From Eledone cirrhosa (lineage: Eukaryota): a stretch of DNA of 64,000 nt. Positions 1 to 8,951 of this stretch are shown piece after piece. The stretch spans positions 186,001-250,000 of the forward strand of contig OZ024748.1 in the NCBI GenBank assembly GCA_964016885.1, given 5' to 3'. The notes beneath the pieces were generated by a model. The model saw nothing but the letters and a program-made list of their open reading frames with translations, did not search any database and was not told where the DNA came from. The position numbers were made by a program, and so were the translations under genes. Every line of letters begins with the position of its first letter. The stretch's first letter is position 1.

Positions 1-161
1 ATGAATGTTTAATGGAATTAAGTGTAATCTAATAGGAAATAAGAGGCTAGAGCAGCGAAATGTTTACGTAAAATAAAAGAACAACAAACAAGAGTGCAAC
101 ATTGAAATTTTTGTTTTATTTTCTCGATATAAGCGTTATTTTATGCGCGATTTGCCTTGCT

Positions 162-274
162 GCCGGCGTTGCTCAGTCAGTAGCAGCCCCGCTTACGAAC
201 TTCAGGAGCCAACGACTTTACATGGTTCGAATCTCACCCTCTCCGCTCTTGTCGAGTTATCTCCTACTCTTTTT
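162..274 (+). ncRNA. tRNA-derived Pol III-type cassette (SINE head or small ncRNA); copies also start at 9946, 15846, 25661, 31563, 37457, 43383, 53177, 62957
   Basis: GCCGGCGTTGCTCAGTCAGTAG resembles a tRNA 5' end/D-arm with a degenerate A box. B box GGTTCGAATC at 224-233, TATAA at 128-132, TTTTT at 270-274. No proper cloverleaf forms. Confidence 0.5.
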
Positions 275-380
275 ACTTAGTTCCAGGTCATTTAAATAGA
301 GCAAAGAGGTCGCGGCGATCGGCATATGCACTGGCTACAATGTTGAACTTTGGTACTGACTGCATAGTTGAACGTTCCAC

Positions 381-446
381 ATACCAACCGCCCAACTGGC
401 CAGTCAACCGCAAATACGGCTGGCTGGCCGGTTGGGTAGTTGGCAT
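381..446. other. GC-rich imperfect palindrome/hairpin with a 30-bp stem; present in all 9 units (e.g. 10165-10230)
   Basis: ATACCAACCGCCCAACTGGCCAGTCAACCG versus the reverse complement of CGGCTGGCTGGCCGGTTGGGTAGTTGGCAT: 24/30 match, all mismatches are transitions. Confidence 0.9.
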
Positions 447-474
447 ATGTACTGACTGTCAAGTTGAACGTTCT

Positions 475-570
475 AACCCTCTCTTTACATCTATTGCTCT
501 ATCTACCGCTTATTTCTCTCCCTCTCTTTACTTCTATAACTCTATCTCCCACTCTCTTTACATCTATTAC
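475..570 (+). repeat. Degenerate pyrimidine-rich short tandem repeat (CTCTCTTTACATCTATTACTCTATCT-like); related block at about 9463-9560
   Basis: Three CTCTTTAC..CTAT iterations are visible here, and similar CTCTCTTTAAATCTTTTAC iterations occur near the unit end. Confidence 0.7.
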
Positions 571-916
571 ACAGTGTCTCCCTGTATATATACACGTATA
601 TATGCACTAGATTTTATAAGAAATCTACGTAATAATATAATTAACAATAGTTGATGAATTAGACCAGAGTTAATTAAACAATAAATATGAATGAAATAGC
701 AGTAGATGGCGAAACTTGAGTGTTGTGTGTGCATACATATATATGAGGTAAACTGGTTCAAATACTGTCAGGATTATATTGGATCAAAGACTGTATTAAA
801 TAGAAAGTAAAAAATGAAGTGAAAATATAAAAACAAACTGAAAATTTCCCCATCCCTAGAAAAATTCATATCTTGTTATATATAGATAATTGGCGCTTTA
901 AATTGAATAAATATTC

Positions 917-919
917 ATT

Positions 920-954
<35 letters not shown>

Positions 955-1053
955 GTACACTGATATATATGTGTGTGTATATATATATATATATGTATGT
1001 GTATATGTGTACATATGTATGTGTATATATATACTAATATATATATATATATA
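917..1053. repeat. (TA)n/(TATG)n compound microsatellite, length-variable among units
   Basis: Direct reading of the sequence. Confidence 0.95.
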
Positions 1054-1054
1054 T

Positions 1055-1395
1055 CAACTTCATCATACGTCCGCTTTTCCATGCTTGCAAGGGTGGGGTG
1101 GGAGCTGATTCTGGATTGGTTTCTACAGCTGGGTGCCCTTCCTGACGCCAACCCAGTTTGCAGTGAGTGCTGGGTGCTTTTTTTGTTTCCGTGGCACCTC
1201 CACGTCAGCTTTACAGAGCGGGCTGGGTGCTTTTTTGCCGTGGCGCCTCCACGACCACTTTACGGTGGGGTGGTGGGGTGGTATGTGTATACCCAGCCCA
1301 TTGTCATTTCCCACCCAGAAAAGTTCATAGCACCGTTCTTTACCCACGATGAATCTAGCAGACCCACCCCTCCACCTGGTCTCTTGAATACAACA
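1055..1395 (-). mobile_element. Internally deleted RTE LINE remnant (APE fragment fused to 3' UTR), cut at the L-block junction; also about 16741-17081, 44276-44616, 54070-54410
   Basis: Minus strand encodes [34 protein letters not shown] (RTE apurinic endonuclease). It is followed by a tail with GGAAGGGCACCCAGCTGTAGAAA and GCAAGCATGGAAAAGCGGACG, matching the RTE 3' UTR at 2555-2930. Confidence 0.85.
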
Positions 1396-2517
1396 GTGGT
1401 TTCACTAAAATAAAAATTAAATTAAATTAAATTAAATTAATTATATTAGATAAATAGACATTGGGGTTCTCACCAAAGATTTTCAGTTATTTCTAAGAGA
1501 TGTAAAAGGAAAATTAAAAAAAGATTAATAGGACACATTAGACATGTCTCCAAGCAAGAATTGAACTTACAGACAAGGATCTCACCATCTCTGGTACTTC
1601 CCACTAAGCCACCAAGACTGCTACAAAGGTCTATTGAAAATTAATATTTATAAACCTACTTTCAAAATATAACTAATTTAATTAAAAATAAAATAAAATA
1701 AATAGACATTGGCGTTCTCACAAAACTTTTTCAGTTCTTTTTTCTAAGAAATGTCAAAGGAATATATATATATATATATTTTATTTTTAATTTTATTTTG
1801 AAAGTAGGTTTATAAATATTAAATTTCAGTACATCTTTGTATCAGTCTCGGTAGCTTAGTGGGAAGTACCAGAGATGGTGAGATCCTGTTCTGGGTGTTC
1901 AATCCTGGTCTGAGGGTTGAATTGGGGACTCAGGTTCAATCCTGGTCCATGAGATACATGTAAGGTGTCATGTTAATCTTTTATAATTTTCTTTCTATAT
2001 CTCTTTGAAAAAGAGAACCCCTATTTATTTAATTATATTGAATTTAATTTTTTATTTTAGTTAAATTGTCGAAAACACTGAAGATCTAAAGGTTGAGGAG
2101 ACAATATGTCTATTTTATCTGTCTCCTCTAACTTTAGATCACCAGTGGTTTTGACAATTTAACTAAAGTAAAATAAAATAAAATAAATTAAATTATATTA
2201 GATAAATAGACATTGGGGTTCTCACCAAAGATTTTCAGTTTTTTCTGAGGAAAATTTAAAAAAAGATTAACAGGACACATTACAGCAATGATTGAACTCC
2301 CAGACCAGGATTGAACCTACAGACAAGGACCTCACCATCTCTGGTACTTCCCACTAAGCCGCCAAGACTGCTACAACGGTCTGCTGATAATTAATATTTA
2401 TAAACCTAATTTCAAAATAAAATTAATGTTATTAATTTTATTTAAAAATAAAATAAAATAAATAAACATTGGGGTTCTCACAAAACTTTTTCATTTTTTT
2501 TCTAAGAAATGTCAAAG

Positions 2518-2520
<3 letters not shown>
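1396..2520. repeat. Alternately inverted triplicate (~370-bp arms, -/+/-), each arm with a tRNA-like A/B-box core; foldback/MITE-like; also about 17082-18206, 44617-45741, 54411-55535
   Basis: CTCACCATCTCTGGTACTTCCCACTAAGC occurs at ~1581 and ~2331, and its reverse complement at ~1854. Palindrome centre at about 2057-2166. Confidence 0.85.
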
Positions 2521-2554
<34 letters not shown>

Positions 2555-2557
<3 letters not shown>

Positions 2558-4477
2558 TCATCATCATCATCATCGTTTAACGTCCATATTCCACGCTTGC
2601 ATGGGTTTGGACGGGAATTTTCCCACTTGAGGCAAGAGTGGTTGTCTTGCTCGCATAGGACTGTCTGGCGGGTTTTCTACAGCTGGATGCCCTTCCTAAC
2701 ACCAACCGCATTTACAGTGTGGGACTGGGAGGTTTTTACCGTGTTACCTACACGGCCACATTACTGCGTGGACTGTGTTTTTTTTTTTTGTCGTGACACC
2801 TACACGACCTCATTTGTTTCGGCCTGGATGTTGTGGCACCAACATAACTTTACAGTGAAAGGGGCGGTGTGGATGGGGTGGGGGTGTATTTTGTTAGAGG
2901 TGCCTACTGACTGTAGTAGGTTTTACTTTGTATCTAGGTAAGGCGGGTCTTCTCTATTACTGAGTACCGCCAAAGATCTCGGTCCAGTGACATTGTCTTG
3001 GAGAGGTGTAAGTGTGTGAGGTCGGAATTTATCAAGTCGTCCCAGGTTTTTCTGGGTCTGCCTACTCCGTGGCTACCGTCTATCTTTATTGCCCTGCATT
3101 TTTTTTATACAGCTGTCGTCTTTCATCCGCATCACGTGGACCATACCAACGTAGTCTTCTCTCGAGTACACAACATCTGATCCCTCTTATTTCTAATTTT
3201 TCCCTTAGTTCGTTTATGCTTTGCCGTTCACATATATTACTATTACACATCCAGCGAAGCATGCAAGCTTCGTTCCTCTCTAGTCTGCGTATATCCTCTG
3301 CACACAATGCCCAGGTCTCACTGCCATGCAACATTGCTGTTCATATGCAGGCATCATACAACCTGCCTTTCATTTTTAGGGAGAACCCTTTAGCGGCTAA
3401 TAGTGGTATAAGCTCTCTGAACTTTTTCCATCCAGTTCTGACTCTAGCTACTGTACTTTCAGAGCACCCTCCCCCACTGCTGATTTTGTCACCCAGGTAA
3501 CGGAAGCTGTCCACTATTTCTATAGAACCCTCTGCGCAATTGAAAGAGCTAGTATTTTGTGGGCACTTGCTGCTACTTATTGCACCAGAGCACCGGCCAC
3601 ATGTAAAATCTATGTTCTTAGTTAGCTTACCTGTGATCCCACTACATCTTTTATGAACCCATACTTTGCATTTGGGACATAAAATGGAGTTTCTACCTAC
3701 GCCTTTCCTACACACTGAGCATGGCCATTTCCCGGAAGGGACCGGCGCCTTATTTTCTTTCCTACAAACTAGAACTTTAGTCTTAGCCAGGTTAATTTTA
3801 AGGCCTTCTGATTCTAGGCCTTGCTTCCATGTTTGGAATTTCTTCTCTAGCTCGGCCATCGATTCAGCTATGAGCGTTAGATCATCTGCGTATAGGAGTT
3901 CCCATGGGCAGCCGGTCTTGAACTCCACTGTTATAGCCTGAAGGGCAATAATAAATAGTAGGGGGCTAAGGACGGAGCCCTGATGAACACCAACTTTTAC
4001 GCTAAACTCTTCACTATATTCGTTGTTAATTCTAACCTTGCTGACTGTTTCTTTATACATGGCTCGTATAGCTCTCACAAGCCATTCCTCAACACCTAGT
4101 TTTCTAAGAGCCCACCAGATAATGGAACGGGGGACTCTGTCGAAGGCTTTCTCCAAGTCAACAAAAGCTAAGTATAGGGGTTTACTTTTAACTAGGTACT
4201 TCTCCTGTAGTTGTCGTACAATGAAAAGAGCGTCTGTGGTACTTTTACCTGACACAAACCCGAACTGCATTTCATCTAGATCAATTCTCTCTCTGATTAG
4301 TTGCGCTATTAGTTTTTCCGTGACCTTCATGACCTGGTCGATTAATTTAATGCCTCTATAGTTACTCCTATCTAGGGCATCTCCTTTACCCTTGTAACAG
4401 TTAATGATGATGCTGCTACGCCAGTCCTTCAGAACAACCCCATTCTGTATGACTTGGTTTACTATCCGGGTGACCAT
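2555..4477 (-). mobile_element. 5'-truncated RTE-clade LINE: RT with PHD-finger insertion, 3' UTR and (GAT)n tail; disabled
   Basis: Motifs YKGKGD, NYRGIKL, QFGF, FVDLEKAFDRV, GVHQGSVLSPLLF, YADD (3881-3892), FRYLG, GSETW, LRWYG, GRPRKTW. Premature TGA at 3341-3343, two +1 frameshifts near 3105-3140, natural stop near 2934. Confidence 0.95.
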
Positions 4478-4764
4478 TACGTGTATACATCTGAAAATGT
4501 ATATATGTATGCAAAGATATAAGTAAACATACATGTATACATATAGATGGACAGTTATGCATATACAATAACTTATTTCTATACATACATATACCACAAG
4601 TAAGGCATGGTGCTGCCAACTAACCAGACCTCCCTCATAATGGACCAGCTAGATCCCAAAATACAGGCCTGCTTGCCAACACACAGTCCCAATAAGTGTA
4701 AGTTACAGCGCAGCTATCTGGACAGACTTGTCTTAAGACTACACACTATCCCACTACATCTTTT

Positions 4765-4875
4765 GTATACTATATATATACTGTTTATATATATATATAC
4801 TATATATATATATACTGTTTATATATATATATACTATATATATATATACTGTTTATATATATATACACACATATA
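4765..4875. repeat. (TA)n microsatellite with periodic CTGTT/CT interruptions
   Basis: Direct reading of the sequence. Confidence 0.9.
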
Positions 4876-5294
4876 ATTGTGTATTCACACATTATCTTAG
4901 TAATGAAATAATTAATAATTTTAGTAAATTGTTCAAAATTCTTCATTAACCCTTTTGGTAGAAACCCAGCCAAAATTAGTTCTCGTACTATGGAAATGGT
5001 TCCTATCTAAATTAAAGTCTTCCAACAAAATTCTATATAACAACCATATGGTAAGTTACTATGTTAGTAATTAACTAACAATTGTGATAAATAGCTCAAA
5101 ATTATTCATAATTAATTGAATTATAAGGTTCATAATTATAATAAAATCTTCAAATAGGCTACGAAACCGGTAAACCTGAAAGGTACACAACACACACACA
5201 TTGCTATAGCGTTTCACCAGCCCCTTCCTTCCTGAATTATTACAGAGATGTGTGTGTATGTAATAATTATTTGTATAATGTGTGTCTATTTATG

Positions 5295-6045
5295 AATATG
5301 TATGAGTAGATGTGTGTGTGTGTATCACAGTAGATGTGTATGTAACACGGTAGATGTGTATATGTAACAGAGTAGATGTGTGTTTGCATGTAACTCAGTA
5401 TATGTGTATGTAACTCAGTAGATGTGTGTGTGTAACACGGTAGATGTGTGTGTGTAACACGGTAGATGTGTGTGTGTGTAACACGGTAGATGTGTGTGTG
5501 TAACACGGTAGATGTGTGTATGTAACAGTAGATGTGTATGTATGTAACACAGTAGATGTGTATGTATGTAACACAGTAGATGTGTGTATGTAACACAGTA
5601 CATGTGTGTGTATGTAACTCAGTAGATGTGTGTGTATGTAACTCAGTAGATGTGTGTATGTAACACAGTAGATTGTGTGTATGTAACATAGAAGATGTGT
5701 GTAACACAGTAGATGTGTGTGTATGTAACACAGTAGATCTGTGTGTATGTAACTCAGTAGATGTGTGTGTATGTAACACAGGTGTGTGTATGTAACACAG
5801 TAGATGTGTGTATGTAACATAGTAGATGTGTGTATGTAACACAGAAGATGTGTGTGTATGTAACACAGTAGATGTGTGTGTATGTAACTCAGTAGATGTG
5901 TGTGTATGTAACAGTAGATGTGTGTGTAACACAGTAGATGTGTATGTAACGCAGTAGATGTGTGTGTATATAACCCAGTTGATGTGTGTGTATGTAACAC
6001 AGTAGATGTGTGTATGTAACATAGTATATGTGTATGTAACTAAAG
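5295..6045. repeat. Minisatellite, ~18-24-bp unit AGTAGATGTGTGTATGTAACAC; also about 20983-21735, 48522-49274, 58304-59054
   Basis: Dozens of tandem GTAGAT(GT)nATGTAAC(A/T)CA units; source of the spurious His/Thr-rich ORFs. Confidence 0.95.
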
Positions 6046-6403
6046 TGTAACGTACGTTACAAATGGACGACAAAATGATTTTAACTTGTTTTTTAACAAT
6101 TGATGGTGGAAAAGATTTTAAATTGTCTTAACTCAGACCATAAAGGGCCGCAACACATGGAGTCTGACACTCTTACCGGCTACATAGCCTGGGCGTCTAT
6201 TTTACCGTGACCGGCTACATAGCATCTTCCTAAAATCTTCCAACATAATTTTATACAAGAACCACATGTTAAGTTACTAATAAAATAATTAATAAATAAA
6301 AACATTAGTAAGTCCTTCAAATGATATCTCAGTAATGAAATAATTAATAATTGTTATAAATACCTCAAAATTCCTCATTAATTAAACCTCATTAATTAAT
6401 TAA

Positions 6404-6518
6404 GCCGCTGAAAAGTGCAACAGATGCCCTCTTCTTAGTGAGACAACTACAAAAGAGGTTCTTAGAGAAAAATAAGCCACTATACTTAGCTTTGGACATA
6501 GAGAAGGCTTTTGATAGA
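6404..6518 (+). pseudogene. Short RTE RT fragment; longer version in S units (e.g. 12295-12430)
   Basis: Translates (EMQFGFV)PLKSATDALFLVRQLQKRFLEKNKPLYLALDIEKAFDR, homologous to the minus-strand RT segment but diverged from it. Confidence 0.9.
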
Positions 6519-6601
6519 GAACTCTTATAAATGACAACATATATATATGTGTGTGTATATATATGTTTTTTTTAAAACTATATATTTATTACTCCCTTAA
6601 G

Positions 6602-6900
6602 CAGAAGAAATATATTCCCAGATATCGAAGATTACCACAATAACTAGGGAGCGGAAATCAATAGATGCTGGACATTGCTGCTGAGGGTAGGATGACCTGA
6701 TGAGCTGGCTCCTGTGGTGGATACCTAAACATAGTAAGACCCTAGTGGGATGACTGAGGTTCACCTACATACATCAGATGTCTCTGGATCTCCAGCTGGA
6801 GATTAATGATCTCAGGAATGCCATGAAAAATCGTGACATCTAAAAAAGAAGAGTAGAATTGTTCTGGCCAATCCACCTGACCTAATAAACAATAATAATA
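6602..6900 (+). mobile_element. Decayed 3' end of a second RTE-like LINE family with an (AAT)n-like tail; in every complete unit (e.g. 12515-12813)
   Basis: Manual translation gives AGHCC... and LWWIPKHSKT(L/Q)VG*LRFTYIHQMSLDLQLEINDLRNAMKNRDI*KRRV, resembling RTE ORF C-termini, followed by AATAAACAATAATAATA. Confidence 0.65.
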
Positions 6901-6973
6901 TTAATATATATTGATGAAAATTAATTATGGTGAAATATCTTAGAAATCATTCTCAGAGGTTTTGTATTGTAAT

Positions 6974-8951
6974 CCACACTTGCTCCTTGTGGCTTCTGAT
7001 GCAGACATCATGTCCGCCATCAGGTCCTTCCCAGCTAGCAGCTGCGGAGATGTTGATGGTCTCTGACCAGGCCTCCTCAAGGAGTTGATATCTCCCCTCT
7101 CCGCTGAGGCCGGGCGCCGCCTTCTGAGTGCAATTGTGGCGCTCACCAATAGGCTCATCCATGGCGCCCTGGACTCTTATGCTCGAGGCCTCTTTTTTTC
7201 GGCCAGCCTCACCGCTCTCAGGAAGAAAGAGGATGGCATACGCCCCATTGCTGTGGGCAATGTCTTCCGGAGGCTGGCTGCCAAGGTAATCTGCAAGTCC
7301 GTAACACTCGGAACCGGCATCCAGGGCCTCCAGCCACCTCATTGTCAAGTTTGACATGAGGAATGCCTTCAACTCTTTACGCTGGGATCATCTGCTCGAG
7401 GCCTGCCTCAGCCGAGCCCCCTCTGCCTACCTGTCATATGGAGCCCCAAGCATGCGCCATGCTGCTGATACGGTCATACCCTTGGCTACTGGGATCCAAC
7501 AGGGCAACCCTTTGGGACCCCTCCTGTTCACCCTTGGTATTGACCACATCGCCTGGAGTATAACGGCCCCTCTCAACGTTTGGTATCTGGATGATGCTAC
7601 TTTGGGTGGGCCCGTACAGGCGGTCTGCCATGACCTTCAATCGGTGGTTCCTGCCCTGGCGGGAATCGACCTCCAGGTCAACTCAGCCAAGTCGGAGGTG
7701 GTGAATGTCAGCCTCGATGCTGCAAGCTTTGCAGTCTCCGTCTTGGACGTGCGGTCCATTCTCCGCCAGGTTCAGGTGACCCCCCAAAGAGGATGCCCTC
7801 ACCGATCCACCCGCCGGCCATCCGCTCCTCCATCAAGTCCAGACTCTCACGAGCCGACTGGGCTTGATTGATGGCCACCCAGTTCTCTTTCTGCTGAGGA
7901 ACTGCTACGCCATGCCGAAGCTCCTCTATACACTCTGTGCTACACCTAAACTTGTATCCGAGCAGCAGCCGATGAGATATGCAACTTTACCTGTCAGGTA
8001 TGGCGGCCTTCGCCTCCAGTCCCCGATCTCACTAGCTTTGCCGGCATATCTTTCGTCGGTAACCTCGTACCACGTCCTCTTCAGCAGGGTTCTTCAAAAC
8101 ACAACAGAACCCTCTGTGTTCAGAGAACGCGTGGCCGCCTGTGAGACGTGGGACCGGCTGGGACTTAGCCCAGTAGACGTTCCTCCTCCTTCTCCCCCTG
8201 TTGACGTCAAGTCCCCCCCAACACACTTGGGATGCCATCCAGTGCAGCCTGGCCTCAGACAGGCTCACGTGCCAGCTCGACCAGCACCGCCTTGTTTGTT
8301 TTCGTGCAGCCTCCAAACCCCACAGTGGGGCCTGGCTCCATGCCCTGCCCTCCTTCTCCACTCGCACGCAGCTAGACAACAATAGCTTGCGCATCGGCGT
8401 TTCCCTGAGGCTCGGCCTCACACCAATGTCGCTGCCGTTCCACCATGGACTCTTTCGGCCTCCACCCGCAATCCACGCCATGCTGCCCTCAACGAAGTCA
8501 TTAAGCATGGCTTGGACGCTGCAGGCTTCCCTTCCCAGCTCGAGGGGACGGCAAAAGGCTAGATGGCATGACCATCTTCCCGTTCCGCGGTGGCAAACCC
8601 CTCGTCTGGGATGCCACTTGCACCGACACTTTCTGCAGCCGCAACCTGGTGCAGTCTGCGACTGGCCCAGGTTCTGCTGCACGTCAGGCTGAGGGGGCCA
8701 AACTCCTCACATATCGTTCACTCTCCGACAGGTTTGCGGTCGTACCCCTGGAAGTGGAGACTTCTGGTGTCCTCGGCCCCAGGGCTACCTCCTTACTCAC
8801 CACCATAGGCGCTGAGCTGGCCAGTCGCAGGTGTGAGCCCCGCGAGTTGGAGTGGCTTTTCCAGCGCGTCTCCCTTGCCGTGCTCCGGGGAAACGCCTTC
8901 TCCATTCTGTCCGCCGGGGCTGTGGGTGGGCCCCATCGCGTACCGTTATGA
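6974..8951 (+). mobile_element. CRE-clade non-LTR retrotransposon (RT + zinc knuckle + restriction-like endonuclease); 5'-truncated, decayed
   Basis: Motifs AIRSFPASSCGDVDGL*P, KKEDGIRPIAVGNVFRRLAAK, KFDMRNAFNS, GIQQGNPLGPLLF, WYLDDATLGG, LPVRYGGL, SGAWLHALP, LRLG, RHAALNEV, KRLDGMTIFPFRGGKPLVWDATC, PLEVETSG, QRVSLAVLRGNA. Contains stops, frameshifts and internal deletions. Confidence 0.88.

Noticed and set aside
100-125. Sm-site (AATTTTTG) suggesting an snRNA or spliced-leader RNA array, the classic CRE target
   Set aside because: The motif is part of a variable T-run that is pure poly-T in units 2, 8 and 9; I recognise no SL exon/donor or U snRNA sequence.
162-247. Functional tRNA gene
   Set aside because: Acceptor, anticodon and T stems do not pair properly; kept only as a tRNA-derived cassette.
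102-761. Short ORFs of 64-104 aa repeated in each unit
   Set aside because: No recognisable domain; broken or frame-shifted by T-run and indel variation between units.
3341-4597. Intact 418-aa protein-coding gene
   Set aside because: The first ~40 codons are low-complexity flank; the element lacks its endonuclease and has a premature stop plus downstream frameshifts.
5295-6045. CRISPR-like regular repeat
   Set aside because: No unique spacers, no cas genes, and a eukaryotic context.
5267-6073. Long His/Thr/Tyr-rich ORFs (up to 268 aa)
   Set aside because: They are translations of the ~21-bp minisatellite; frames shift between units with repeat slippage.
6697-6730. CTGATGAG hammerhead ribozyme core
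   Set aside because: No stem II followed by GAAA, and the segment reads as decayed LINE coding sequence.
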